NCBI GenBank assembly: GCA_900234795.1
Contig: LT962688.1
Coordinates: 4,140,001 to 4,172,000, forward strand
Length of the DNA: 32,000 nucleotides
Direction of reading: 5' to 3'
Source of the DNA: Methylorubrum extorquens
GTDB taxonomy: Bacteria; Pseudomonadota; Alphaproteobacteria; Rhizobiales; Beijerinckiaceae
This document shows positions 1 to 9,930 of the stretch, one piece after another (the stretch's first letter is position 1; every line of letters starts with the position of its first letter). The position numbers and the translations under genes are program-made. Under the pieces are notes generated by a model, which saw nothing but the letters and a program-made list of their open reading frames with translations, did not search any database and was not told the DNA's origin.

Positions 1-804
1 CCTCGTCGACGAGGTCGAGCACCTGCTCAGCGGCGACCGCGGCGGCGACGAGACGGCGGGTCTCGACGTCGTTCTCCAGACCCTCGAACCGAGCCGCGAG
101 CCAGTACGGCACCGAGGCGCCGGTGCGGCGGGCGAAGTTGGCCGCCTGCTTGAAGTTCTGCACCGGCAGGATGCCGGGGATGATCGGGATGTCGATACCG
201 GCCGCGCGCACCTTGTCGCGGTAGCGCAGATAGATCTCGTTATCGAAGAAGAACTGGGTGATCGCCTGATCGGCGCCGGCATCGACCTTGGCCTTGAGGG
301 CCTCGATGTCGGCGTCGAGCGAGGCGGCCTCGGGATGCTTCTCCGGATAGGCCGAGACCGAGACCTTGAAGTCGCCGATCCGCTTGATGCCGGCGACGAG
401 GTCGCAGGTCTGCGCGTAGCCGCCGGGATGGGGCCGGTAGCTGTGGCCGACGCCCTCGGCCGGGTCGCCGCGCAGGGCCACGATGTGGCGCACGCCCGCA
501 TCCCAGTAGGACTGCACCACCCCGTCGATCTCTTCCTTCGTCGCATCGACGCAGGTGAGGTGGGCGGCGGGCTTGAGGCTCGTCTCGCGCACCATGCGCG
601 CCACGGTGTTGTGGGTGCGCTCGCGGGTGGAGCCGCCGGCACCGTAGGTCACCGAGACGAATTTCGGCTGGAGCGGCGCGAGACGCTCGATCGAGGACCA
701 GAGGATCTTCTCCATCTCCTCGGTCTTCGGCGGGAAGAACTCGATCGAGACCCGGATCGGGCGGAAGCCGTCGCGGCTGGCGCGGTGTTGGGAGGCGTTG
801 GGCA
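1..804 (-). CDS. metF: 5,10-methylenetetrahydrofolate reductase (C-terminus lies beyond window start)
   Basis: This frame is absent from the ORF track because it runs off the window. Hand translation from the ATG at 804 gives MPNASQHRASRDGFRPIRVSIEFFPPKTEEMEKILWSSIERLAPLQPKFVSVTYGAGGSTRERTH...AHLTCVDATKEEI...GVRHIVALRGDP...AITQFFFDNE. This is the typical MetF/MTHFR motif set. A GGAG-type RBS lies upstream. Confidence 0.9.
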
Positions 805-904
805 TCTCTTCGTCCCTTCTCCTGGACGTCTGTCGTGGTGTCGGTCGTCGATGGAAGTCGGCTTGAACCGTGAGGCTCGGACCGTGAAGCTTGGATCTTG
901 AGGC

Positions 905-1956
905 TCAGGCCACGGCGCGCTCCGGGGCGCGGGCCGGGGCATGTTCCGGCGTCTGCGCCTCGATCGCGGCGGTGTCGTGCGCGAGCCAGAGAGTAACGGT
1001 GAGCGGATGCTCGATGCCGTCCTCGGGCGCGAGATCGCGGCTCTCGACATCGCCCAGGCCCGCCTGGACGAGCCAGCCCGTGATCTGCTCCGCGCCGAAA
1101 CCGAGGCGGCGATGGGCTTGGCTTTCGCGCAACTGCTCCAGGGTGTGGGGCGCGAAATCGACCACGAGCAACCGCCCGCCCGGCGCGACGAGGCGGGCCG
1201 CCTCGCGCAGTGCCCGAGCCGGGTCGTCGAGGTAGTGCAGCACCTGATGCAGCACCACGAGATCGAAGCCACCGCGGCCGAAGGGCGGCGCGTGGAGGTC
1301 GCCCTGGCGCAGATCGACTCGCGACAGGCCCATCCGCTCCAGATTGGCCCGGGCGACCGAGAGCATGGCATGGCTCGAATCGAGCCCGGTGGCGCGACCG
1401 GCCAGGGGGCGCCAGCAGGCCGAGCATCTTGCCTGTGCCGGTGCCGAGATCGATCACGTGGCGGATCGGCCGGTCTCCGAGCGCGTCGAGCACCGCCGCC
1501 TCGACGGCAGCCTCGGGCACGTGCAGGGAACGCAGGCCGTCCCATTTGGGGGCGAGCCGGGCGAAGAAGGTCTGCGCCGCCTCGGCCCGTTGGGTGCGCA
1601 CCGAATCGAGCCGGGCGCGATCCTCGGAGAGCGGGGGGCGCGGCGCGCTCCAGCGCCGCGATCAGCGGCTCGACGAAGCCGATGGCGGCCTCGCTCAGGC
1701 GGAAGAACGCCCAGGCCCCCTCGCGGTGGCGCTCGATCAGTCCTGATTCGACGAGGAGCTTGAGATGGCGCGAGATTCGCGGCTGCGACTGACCGAGGAT
1801 GTCGGTCAGGTCGGAGACCGACAACTCGCCCTCGGCCAGCAGCGCCAGGATGCGCAGGCGCGTTTCCTCCGCCGCCGCCCGCAGCACGGCAAGCGCCTCG
1901 GCGAAGGGCACCGGGACTGGGGTCGCGCTGTTCGTTGGGCCACTCTCGCTAGACAT
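905..1956 (-). pseudogene. ArsR-family HTH fused to a class I SAM-dependent methyltransferase, broken by two +1 frameshifts
   Basis: One protein is spread over three minus-strand frames. The ArsR HTH (RLRILALLAEGELSVSDLTDILGQSQPRISRHLKLLVESGLIERHREGAWAFFRL) is in the frame of ORF 649..1992. The middle part (RPPLSEDRARLDSVRTQRAEAAQTFFARLAPKWD...VIDLGTGTGKMLGLLA) is in the frame of ORF 240..1601. The C-terminal part (PLAGRATGLDSSHAMLSVARANLE...DLVVLHQVLHYLDDP...LVAPGGRLLVVDF) is in the frame of ORF 905..1366. The switch points coincide with a G6 run at 1633..1638 and a G5 run at 1405..1409. The span is 1052 nt, so removing 2 nt restores a 349-aa ORF. Confidence 0.75.
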
Positions 1957-1972
1957 AAAGATATCTTTATGT
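1953..1972. promoter_or_regulatory. Perfect 20-bp AT-rich palindrome ACATAAAGATATCTTTATGT, candidate operator of the ArsR-type regulator
   Basis: I paired it base by base: 1953-1972 through 1962-1963 are all complementary, and the symmetry breaks at 1952/1973. It overlaps the ATG (1956..1954) of the ArsR-MTase gene. Its composition stands out against the GC-rich background. Confidence 0.5.
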
Positions 1973-2012
1973 GCGTAACGAGCCGGTGGCAAGGGGTTTC
2001 GCTGACGGTTTA

Positions 2013-2038
2013 GCTGACGACCCGGCCCCTTCGTCAGC
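2013..2038 (-). terminator. Hairpin GCTGACGA-N10-TCGTCAGC downstream of the patatin gene
   Basis: There is an 8-bp perfect stem with a 10-nt loop, 10 nt after the patatin stop codon. No U-tract follows, so intrinsic-terminator function is uncertain. A third GCTGACG copy lies at 2001..2007. Confidence 0.3.
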
Positions 2039-2047
2039 GGCGGGCCG

Positions 2048-3307
2048 CTACTGATAAGCCTGCTTGAGGTCGAGGGTGCAGCGCACGCCGACCTCGTCGT
2101 AGCCCTCTGCGAGCCAGACCTTGGCGGCGGCGCGGCCCTTGTCGCGCAGGCGCTCGATCATCCCCCAGCGCGCATCGGTGCGCGAGGAGGCGGCGAAGCC
2201 GTCGAGCGAGTCGGTTCCGTCGATGCGGTGGAGGAAGACGCGTTCCAGGCCCGGAACCTGCCCCTGTCCGCCCTCGTCGATCAGGCCGTGCACGAAGTCG
2301 ATGGAGCGCAGCTCCCGCATCAGGTTGGCGTTGAAGGTGATCTCGTTGAGCCGGTCCTGGATGTCGCTGGCCGAACGCGGCGTCTCGCGGCGCTCCACGG
2401 GGTTGATCTGCACCAGCAGGATGTCGCGGGTGCTCGCTTCGTGCAGCGGGTACAGGGCCGGATTGCCGAGATAGCCGCCGTCCCAATAGGGCACGCCGTC
2501 GATCTCGACCGCCTGGAACACCGTCGGCAGGCAGGCCGAGGCCATCAGGTGATCGACCGTCAGGCTATCGCGCCCGAACACGGCGAGCTTGCCGGTCCAG
2601 ACATTGGTCGCCGAGACGAACACCTTGGCGGTGTCGGCCGCGCGCAGGCGATCGAAATCGACGGTCTGCTCCAGCGCGTCGCGCAAGGGATTGAAGTTGA
2701 ACGGATTGGTCGCGTAGGGGCCGGGGTTGAGCGCCTTCACCCAGGCCTCGAAGAACGGGTTGCCCTTCCAGAACCGGAACAGGCCGTCGATCAAGCCCTT
2801 CTGCGAGGGGCGCAGGTCGGCATCCAGGCTCGCCTCGCGCCAGAACTTCTCCAGGGCCGCGCGGGCCCCTTCGGGGCCGCCCGCGAGCCAGCCGTCCACG
2901 AGGACGACGGCGTTCATCGCGCCCGCGCTCGCGCCCGTGACCGCCTCGAAGGCGACGCGCCCGTCCTCGATCAGCGCATCGAGCACGCCCCAGGTGAAGG
3001 CCCCGTGCGAACCGCCGCCCTGGAGCGCGAGGGAGACCGCCTTCTCCGCCCGCGGCCCGGCCAAGCCGCGGAAATTCTCGCCCGGCCGTGTCGAATCGGC
3101 GATGGGGTCCGGAACGGCCGTAGCGGGATTGTGGGCGTCGTCGCGCGTTCCGGTCCGTGCCCGGGTGTCCAGGGGCGCCGAGACGTCGCGCCGAGACCCG
3201 TCTTCAGGGCCGGACCCGTGTCGGGACTCGTCGCGCAGTCCTTGCGGTGTCGCACCATTGCTGGCCTGAGGTTCGGGGCTCGTCGTGTCCATCTTGCCTC
3301 GCGTCAT
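2048..3307 (-). CDS. Patatin-like phospholipase family protein
   Basis: The motifs are the oxyanion loop [18 protein letters not shown], the nucleophile motif GASAGA (GxSxG), and the catalytic Asp region [10 protein letters not shown]. The N-terminal ~95 aa are low-complexity. An alternative start at 3292 is preceded by GAGG. Confidence 0.85.
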   Translation of the reverse strand: MTRGKMDTTSPEPQASNGATPQGLRDESRHGSGPEDGSRRDVSAPLDTRARTGTRDDAHNPATAVPDPIADSTRPGENFRGLAGPRAEKAVSLALQGGGSHGAFTWGVLDALIEDGRVAFEAVTGASAGAMNAVVLVDGWLAGGPEGARAALEKFWREASLDADLRPSQKGLIDGLFRFWKGNPFFEAWVKALNPGPYATNPFNFNPLRDALEQTVDFDRLRAADTAKVFVSATNVWTGKLAVFGRDSLTVDHLMASACLPTVFQAVEIDGVPYWDGGYLGNPALYPLHEASTRDILLVQINPVERRETPRSASDIQDRLNEITFNANLMRELRSIDFVHGLIDEGGQGQVPGLERVFLHRIDGTDSLDGFAASSRTDARWGMIERLRDKGRAAAKVWLAEGYDEVGVRCTLDLKQAYQ

Positions 3308-3623
3308 TTATTGCGGCGCACCTTCAAATGGTGCAAAGCAGCAAGTGTGCCCGTGCGGTTCTTTGACCCGCGGGCAGGCGAATGCAAGATATGATAAGGC
3401 GCTTTCGCCTGTCGGCATCCTTGCATCTGCACGGCATACGCTCGACATCCCGATCCGGATGCGACATGGAAGCGGCCTTGGCGATCGAGGCGCGCCGCGC
3501 ATCCGTTCGCGCGGTCGCGGCGGCAGGTCGCGGACCGCGCCGGTTTCGGTTAGGATCGCCCCTGCGCCTGCGGGACGCCCCCGGCCGGCACGCGCGGACA
3601 ACAGTTTGACCCGCGAAGGCACG

Positions 3624-4952
3624 ATGGAAGTCATGGAAGCTCCCGACGCCCTGGCAAACCCGATCGACTCCCGCAGCCCCAGCATGACGGGGCCGGAGAT
3701 CGCCGGTCCGGCACCGCGCCACCGCACCGTCGGCGTGCAGATCGGCAGCGGCGAAGGGGCCGTCACCGTCGGCGGCGGCGCCCCGATCGTCGTGCAGTCG
3801 ATGACCAACACCGACACGGCCGACATCGACGGCACCGTGGCCCAGGTCGCCCAGCTCGCCCGCGCCGGCTCGGAGCTGGTGCGCATCACCGTCGATCGCG
3901 ACGAGGCGGCGGCCGCCGTGCCGAAGATCCGCGAGCGGCTCGACCGCATCGGCGTGCACGTGCCGCTGATAGGCGACTTCCACTACATCGGTCACAAGCT
4001 CCTCTCCGACCATCCGGCCTGCGCCGAGGCGCTGGCCAAGTACCGGATCAATCCGGGCAATGTCGGCTTCAAGGAGAAAAAGGACACCCAGTTCTCGACC
4101 ATCGTCGAGCAGGCGGTCCGCTACGGCAAGACGGTCCGCATCGGCGCGAACTGGGGTTCGCTCGATGGCGAACTCCTCACCCACCTGATGGACGAGAACG
4201 CCAAGCTGCCCCGCCCCATCGATGCCCGCGCGGTCATGCGCGAGGCGATGGTGCAGTCGGCACTGACCTCCGCCGACCGGGCGGTGGCGCTCGGCCTGCC
4301 GAAGGACCGCATCATCCTCTCGGCCAAGGTCTCGGCGGTGCAGGATCTGATCGCGGTCTACCGCGAGGTGGCGCGCCGCTCCGACTACGCAATCCATCTC
4401 GGCCTGACCGAAGCCGGTATGGGCTCGAAGGGCATCGTCGCCGCCTCCGCCGCCATCGGCGTGCTGCTGCAAGAGGGCATCGGCGACACGATCCGCTACT
4501 CGCTGACGCCCGAGCCCGGCGGCGACCGGACCGTGGAAGTGAAGGCCGCGCAGGAACTCCTGCAGACCATGGGCTTCCGCACCTTCGTGCCGCTCGTGGC
4601 GGCGTGCCCCGGCTGCGGCCGGACGACCTCGACGACGTTCCAAGAGCTCGCCCGCGACATCCAGAACTGGATCTCCACCTCCATGCCGGAGTGGAAGAAG
4701 TCCTATCCGGGCGTGGAAGGCCTCAACGTCGCGGTGATGGGCTGCATCGTGAACGGTCCCGGCGAATCGAAGCATGCCGATATCGGCATCTCGCTGCCCG
4801 GCACCGGCGAGAGCCCGAGCGCCCCGGTCTTCATCGACGGCAAGAAGGCGATGACCCTGCGCGGCGCGACGCTCGCCAAGGACTTCGAGACGATCGTGGT
4901 CGATTACATCGAGCGCCGCTTCGGCCAGGGCAAGCGCGACGCCGCCGAGTGA
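3624..4952 (+). CDS. ispG: 4-hydroxy-3-methylbut-2-en-1-yl diphosphate synthase (flavodoxin)
   Basis: Motifs seen are [46 protein letters not shown] and [11 protein letters not shown] chose the ATG at 3624, which is preceded by GAAGG. The ORF-track extension back to 3285 is Arg/Gly-rich and not homologous. Confidence 0.95.
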   Translation: MEVMEAPDALANPIDSRSPSMTGPEIAGPAPRHRTVGVQIGSGEGAVTVGGGAPIVVQSMTNTDTADIDGTVAQVAQLARAGSELVRITVDRDEAAAAVPKIRERLDRIGVHVPLIGDFHYIGHKLLSDHPACAEALAKYRINPGNVGFKEKKDTQFSTIVEQAVRYGKTVRIGANWGSLDGELLTHLMDENAKLPRPIDARAVMREAMVQSALTSADRAVALGLPKDRIILSAKVSAVQDLIAVYREVARRSDYAIHLGLTEAGMGSKGIVAASAAIGVLLQEGIGDTIRYSLTPEPGGDRTVEVKAAQELLQTMGFRTFVPLVAACPGCGRTTSTTFQELARDIQNWISTSMPEWKKSYPGVEGLNVAVMGCIVNGPGESKHADIGISLPGTGESPSAPVFIDGKKAMTLRGATLAKDFETIVVDYIERRFGQGKRDAAE

Positions 4953-5271
4953 GCCCCTCGGGTGGGCCGGCTCCCGAAACCTTCGCGGTGAGGGAAGCGG
5001 CCCGCCCGTCTTTGTCCGAAACGGCCCGCCCTGTCGGCGGACCGCTCACGCTGCCCTCCGCCCCGCCTCGCGCCCGCCGTGCTCTCCGGTTCGCGCCGCG
5101 CGAACCGAACGCGGGTGGTTTTCCCGTGCCGCGAGACGGCGTGCGGTGGTATGGCCGCCTCAGGGGCGCCGCGGTGACCGGCGCGCATCGATCCGCATCT
5201 CCGACGCATTCCCTTCATGCGACTCCGGCACACCCGGCCGGACGACGCGCGAGCCCAGGCACGCCTGCCCG

Positions 5272-7278
5272 ATGACCCAACCCGCCAGCCCCCATACCGC
5301 CGGATCCACCCTGCCGGACGGCCCCGTCGCCGCGACCGCGGGCGGGCCGGCGCCCGGCGAGGGAGGCCCGGTCGCGGCCTCGGCGGGCGCGGTCGATGCG
5401 TCTCCGGAGGAGGCGCACGGCCACGCCAAGACCGGCTTCTGGGCCCTCACGGTCGGCTCCGTCGGCGTCGTCTACGGTGATATCGGCACGAGCCCGCTCT
5501 ACGCCTTCCGCGAGGCGCTCGCGCCTTCGCGCAGCGACGGCATCCTGCTGGCCGAGGAGGTGATCGGCACCGCCTCGCTCATCATCTGGGCGCTGCTCCT
5601 GATCGTGACGATCAAGTACGTCGCGATCCTGCTGCGCATGGACAATAACGGCGAGGGCGGCATCCTCTCGCTGATGGCCCAGGCCCGCCACGCGCTCGGC
5701 GGCTCCAAGATCGTGTTCATGCTGGGCCTGCTCGGCGCCTCGCTGTTCTACGGCGATTCCGTCATCACCCCGGCGATCTCGGTGCTCTCGGCGGTGGAGG
5801 GCCTGAAGCTCGTCACGCCGGCCTTCGAGGACTACGTGCTGCCGATCACGGTGGCGATCATCCTCGGCCTGTTCGCGGTGCAGAGCCACGGCACGGCGCG
5901 GGTCGCGACCTTCTTCGGGCCGGCCATGGTGGTGTGGTTCCTAGCCATGGCCGCCGCCGCCCTGCCGCACATCGCCGGCAATCCCGGCGTGCTGGCCGCC
6001 TTCAATCCCTGGTACGCCGTGCATTACCTCCTCGGCCACGGCACCGGCGCGCTGGTGGCGCTCGGCGCGGTGTTCCTGGCGGTCACCGGGGCGGAGGCCC
6101 TGTTCGCCGATCTCGGCCATTTCGGGCGCCGCCCGATCCAGGTGGCGTGGCTCGGCCTCGTCGCGCCCTGCCTCGTCCTGAACTATCTCGGCCAGACCGC
6201 CCTCGTGCTGGCCAAGCCCGAGACCACCGATCCGTTCTATCAGCTCGTGCCGGAATGGGGCCTGATCCCCATGGTGCTGCTGGCCACGCTCGCCACGGTC
6301 ACGGCGAGCCAGGCGGTCATCACCGGCGCGTTCTCGCTGTCGCGGCAGGCGATCCAGCTCGGCATGCTGCCGCGCATGGAGATCCGCCACACCTCGGAGG
6401 CGCATTCGGGCCAGATCTACCTGCCGCAGATCAACACCCTGCTCGCTCTGGGCGTGGTGATCCTGGCGATCAGCTTCCGCTCCTCCTCGGCGCTCGCCTC
6501 CGCCTACGGCATTGCGGTAACGGGCACGATGCTGCTCACCGCCTCCATGGCCTACGTGGTGCTGTGGAAGGTCGTGCGCCTCTCGCCGCTGGTCTCGGCG
6601 GCGATCATCATGCCCTTCATCGTACTCGAGTCGCTGTTCCTGCTCTCGAACCTGCTGAAGCTGCACGAGGGCGGCTACGTGCCCCTGATGCTCGCGGGCG
6701 GCCTGATGCTGATGATGTGGACCTGGGTGCGGGGCGTCACGATCCTCTTCAACAAGACCCGCAAGACCGACGTGCCGTTGGTCGAACTCGTCGGCATGCT
6801 GGAGAAGAGCACCTCCTACCAGCGGGTGAAGGGCACCGCGGTCTTCCTCACCAGCGATCCTGAGATCGCCCCGGCCGCGCTCTTGCACAACATGAAGCAC
6901 AACAAGGTGATCCACGAGAAGAACGTGGTGCTCACCGTCGAGACCATGGACCGGCCCCGCGCCACACAGAGCGAGCGCGTGCGCATCGAGCCCGTGGGCT
7001 TTGGCTTCTACCGGGTGGTGATGCGCTTCGGTTACATGGAGACGCCCAACATCCCGCGCACCCTGACGCTGCTCAAGCGCGAGGGCTTCAAGTTCGACAT
7101 CATGTCGACCTCGTTCTTCCTGTCGCGCCGTTCGATCCGCCCGGCCGCCCATTCCGGCATGCCGCTCTGGCAGGACCGGATCTTCATCACGCTGGCCAAG
7201 AACGCCAACGACGCCACGGACTTCTTCCAGATCCCGACCGGCCGCGTCGTCGAGGTCGGCACGCAAGTAACCGTGTAG
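5272..7278 (+). CDS. kup: KUP/HAK/KT family potassium transporter
   Basis: Motifs seen are [23 protein letters not shown] and [11 protein letters not shown]. There are multiple hydrophobic segments and the typical C-terminal cytoplasmic domain (AVFLTSDP...[11 protein letters not shown]). Confidence 0.95.
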   Translation: MTQPASPHTAGSTLPDGPVAATAGGPAPGEGGPVAASAGAVDASPEEAHGHAKTGFWALTVGSVGVVYGDIGTSPLYAFREALAPSRSDGILLAEEVIGTASLIIWALLLIVTIKYVAILLRMDNNGEGGILSLMAQARHALGGSKIVFMLGLLGASLFYGDSVITPAISVLSAVEGLKLVTPAFEDYVLPITVAIILGLFAVQSHGTARVATFFGPAMVVWFLAMAAAALPHIAGNPGVLAAFNPWYAVHYLLGHGTGALVALGAVFLAVTGAEALFADLGHFGRRPIQVAWLGLVAPCLVLNYLGQTALVLAKPETTDPFYQLVPEWGLIPMVLLATLATVTASQAVITGAFSLSRQAIQLGMLPRMEIRHTSEAHSGQIYLPQINTLLALGVVILAISFRSSSALASAYGIAVTGTMLLTASMAYVVLWKVVRLSPLVSAAIIMPFIVLESLFLLSNLLKLHEGGYVPLMLAGGLMLMMWTWVRGVTILFNKTRKTDVPLVELVGMLEKSTSYQRVKGTAVFLTSDPEIAPAALLHNMKHNKVIHEKNVVLTVETMDRPRATQSERVRIEPVGFGFYRVVMRFGYMETPNIPRTLTLLKREGFKFDIMSTSFFLSRRSIRPAAHSGMPLWQDRIFITLAKNANDATDFFQIPTGRVVEVGTQVTV

Positions 7279-7287
7279 CATCGAGCA

Positions 7288-7303
7288 CCCGCCGCGCGGC
7301 GGG
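7288..7303 (+). terminator. 16-bp GC palindrome CCCGCCGCGCGGCGGG just after kup
   Basis: This perfect inverted repeat starts 10 nt after the kup stop codon. No T-tract follows. Confidence 0.3.
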
Positions 7304-7461
7304 GTCGCCAAACGGTCGCTCTCCCCAAAGACGACACTCGATGGTTGCGCGGAGATCCTGTGGCCGGCTCGCTACAGGACGGTCATTTGCGCGCGACTGT
7401 CTTGCGTGCCCGCGCGCCGTCTCTTACGGCTGAGCTTACGAAAAGTAAGCAACAACAACAG

Positions 7462-7478
7462 TTTAGCATAATTCCAAA
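7462..7478. promoter_or_regulatory. Irr-type iron control element (ICE)-like box TTTAGCA-TAA-TTCCAAA
   Basis: It matches the published ICE consensus TTTAGAA-N3-TTCTAAA at 12 of 14 specified positions. It lies about 70 bp upstream of the TonB-dependent receptor start, in a locally AT-rich patch. The inverted repeat GCTTAC-GAAAA-GTAAGC is adjacent at 7434..7450. Confidence 0.5.
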
Positions 7479-7549
7479 CAACAGACCGATCCCAGTCCGC
7501 GCGTCCCTGCGGAGGCTGTCGGCTGTTCTGGGCAGATGGGGTCAGGAGT

Positions 7550-9784
7550 ATGGGGTCGGTTCGCACTCTCGTCGGCGTCCGCGCCCTGCGGACGATGGCG
7601 CTGACAGGCGCCTCGTTGATGGCCCTGACCCTTGCAGCCGCCGCGCAACAGGCGACGGCACGGTTGGAGGAACTGTCGGTCGAAGGCAGCGGCCGGGGCG
7701 CCGGCGCCACCGGCGGGCCGCCGGCCCAGCGCGGCGCCGACGGACGCGCGGCGCCTGAGGATCCGCGCGGCCCCGTCGCCGGCTACGTCGCCACCCGCTC
7801 GGTCACCGCGACCAAGACCAACACGCCCCTGATCGAGACGCCCCAGGCGATCACCGTGATCGGCCGCGAGCAGATCGAGGCGCAGGGCGCGCAGACGCTG
7901 ACCCAGGCGACGCAGTACACCGCCGGCATCTATTCCGGCGTCTACGGCGCCGATGAGCGCGTCGATTTCTTCACCCTGCGCGGCTTCGTGGCGAGCGATT
8001 ACGGGATCTACAAGGACGGCCTGCAACTGCTGAACTACGGCTTCGGCACGCTGAAGACCGAGACCTTCGGGCTGGAGCGCATCGAGGTGCTGCGCGGCCC
8101 CGCCGCCGTGCTGTTCGGCGCCGGCAACCCCGGCGGCCTCGTCAACCAGGTCACCAAGCGCCCGACGCTCGCGCCCTTCGGCTATGTCGAGATCGCCGGC
8201 GGCTCGTTCGGGCAGGTCTACGGCGCCTTCGACGTCGGCGGCCCGGCCGACGATTCGGGCCACCTGTTCTACCGCCTCACCGGTATCGGACGTCAGGGCG
8301 GCACCCAGGTCGAGGGCGCGGATTCCGACCGCGCCTACATCGCTCCGGCCTTCACGTGGCGGCCGGATGCCGGCACCACCTTCACGGTGCTGACGAGCTA
8401 TCAGCGCGATTCCACGGCTGTGACCGCGAACTTCCTGCCCTATGCCGGCACCGTGCGCCCCAACGCGAGCGGCCTGCGCATCGACCGCTCCCTCAACGTC
8501 GGTGACCCCCGCATCAACAGCTTCCAGCGCGAGCAGGTCTTCGCCGGCTACGAGTTCGAGCACGCGGTCGATGACGTGTGGACCGTGCGGCAGAACTTCC
8601 GCTACTCGTTCTCGGACGCGACGCAGAATTCGTATATCGGCCAGCTCGGCTACGCCGACCTGCCGCAGACCCAGCTCGCCCGCTACCAGTTCCAGTACAG
8701 CGACAAGGTCAGCCTGTTCCAGGTCGACAATCAGGCCGAGGCCCGGTTCTCCGATGGGCTCGTCGCCCACGACGTGCTGTTCGGCATCGATTACAAGAAC
8801 TACTCGCTCTACGACAATCAGGCCTCGCTCTTCCCCGCGCCGAACCTGAGCATCATCAACCCGCTCTACGGGCAGATCGTCGGCCGGCCCCTGCCCTATC
8901 AGGTCGACGTCAACAGCTTCCGGCAGCTCGGCTTCTACGCCCAGGACCAGATCAAGCTCACCGACCGGCTGAGCCTGATCGGCGGCCTGCGCTACGACAT
9001 CGCCAACAGCGACGTGCTCAGGAAGCTCGCGCCGGACACAAGCACCTCCCGTACCGATACGGCGCTCACCGGCCGCATCGCGCTGCTCTACAACTTCGAT
9101 CCCGGCATCGCGCCCTACGTCGCCTACTCAACCTCGTTCCAGCCGCAGATCGGCGTCGATGCCATCACCGGAGGATCGCTCTCGCCGGATCGGGGCGAGC
9201 AGATCGAGGTCGGCTTGAAGATCGAGCCGGTTGGCGAGCGCTTCTCCCTCAACATCGCCGCCTTCGACCTCGTGCGCGACAACCCGCCCTTCCCGGTCAT
9301 CGTCGGCTTCGGCAGCACCCAGCTCGGCACCGTGCGCTCGCGCGGCATCGAGGGGCAGTTCGTGGCAAGCCTCGCGGAAGGCTTGAACGTCGTCGCGGCG
9401 GTGACCCACTACGATCTCGAATACACCCGGGTCCGAGACGCCGCCCTCGGCGACCTCGTCGGCAAGACCCCGACCAACGTGCCGGAGACCTTCGCCTCGG
9501 TCTTTGCCGACTACACGATCCCCCTGGGCGACTGGCGCGGCTTCGGCTTCGGCGGCGGCGTGCGCTATGTCGGGCGGTCCTACGCCGACCAGCTCAACAA
9601 TCTGAAAGTGCCGGACTACGTCCTGTTCGACGCGACCGTGCACTACAACTGGGAGCGCTGGCGCATGGCGATCACCGCCGCCAATCTCGGCGACCGCCGC
9701 TTCGTCACCTCGTGCCAGTCGGCCAATTCCTGCTTCTACGGCGAGGCCCGCCGCGTGCTGGCGAGCGTGAGCTATCGCTGGTGA
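7550..9784 (+). CDS. TonB-dependent siderophore receptor
   Basis: Features are a signal peptide (MALTGASLMALTLAAAAQQ), a TonB-box-like LEELSVEG, the plug motif ATKTNTPLIETPQAITVIGREQIE, IEVLRGPAAVLFG, and a long beta-barrel ending in the aromatic terminus SYRW. The start could instead be 7595. Confidence 0.9.
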   Translation: MGSVRTLVGVRALRTMALTGASLMALTLAAAAQQATARLEELSVEGSGRGAGATGGPPAQRGADGRAAPEDPRGPVAGYVATRSVTATKTNTPLIETPQAITVIGREQIEAQGAQTLTQATQYTAGIYSGVYGADERVDFFTLRGFVASDYGIYKDGLQLLNYGFGTLKTETFGLERIEVLRGPAAVLFGAGNPGGLVNQVTKRPTLAPFGYVEIAGGSFGQVYGAFDVGGPADDSGHLFYRLTGIGRQGGTQVEGADSDRAYIAPAFTWRPDAGTTFTVLTSYQRDSTAVTANFLPYAGTVRPNASGLRIDRSLNVGDPRINSFQREQVFAGYEFEHAVDDVWTVRQNFRYSFSDATQNSYIGQLGYADLPQTQLARYQFQYSDKVSLFQVDNQAEARFSDGLVAHDVLFGIDYKNYSLYDNQASLFPAPNLSIINPLYGQIVGRPLPYQVDVNSFRQLGFYAQDQIKLTDRLSLIGGLRYDIANSDVLRKLAPDTSTSRTDTALTGRIALLYNFDPGIAPYVAYSTSFQPQIGVDAITGGSLSPDRGEQIEVGLKIEPVGERFSLNIAAFDLVRDNPPFPVIVGFGSTQLGTVRSRGIEGQFVASLAEGLNVVAAVTHYDLEYTRVRDAALGDLVGKTPTNVPETFASVFADYTIPLGDWRGFGFGGGVRYVGRSYADQLNNLKVPDYVLFDATVHYNWERWRMAITAANLGDRRFVTSCQSANSCFYGEARRVLASVSYRW

Positions 9785-9817
9785 GCCGCTGGCGCGGGCG
9801 ACCGTGCACGAATCGCC

Positions 9818-9841
9818 GCAGGACCCGTCCGCGGGCCCTGC
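9818..9841 (+). terminator. Hairpin GCAGGACCCG-TCC-GCGGGCCCTGC region after the receptor gene
   Basis: This is an imperfect GC-rich stem with one mismatch, 34 nt after the stop codon. No T-tract follows. Confidence 0.3.
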
Positions 9842-9930
9842 GTCAGCTTGGAGGCGGCGGGCGGGCGGGCTATCTCGGGTTTGTCTAAGCGGATCGTGAG
9901 AATCCGTATCTCGAGGAACGCCCCACCGCC

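Noticed and set aside
805-904. A possible SAM-II or other methionine riboswitch in the 100-bp spacer upstream of metF.
   Set aside because: I read the minus-strand leader by eye. It lacks the conserved SAM-II features (a U-rich strand plus the AAAGCU pseudoknot partner). I saw no convincing structure.
3285-3623. ORF-track N-terminal extensions. Examples are ispG from 3285, kup from 5146, hisC from 10438, tyrC from 11382, DUF2125 to 15450, mnmE to 25460, leuS to 28184 and yggS from 28325.
   Set aside because: The extended residues are Arg/Pro/Gly-rich and non-homologous. Internal ATG/GTG starts with RBS-like sequences give N-termini typical of each family.
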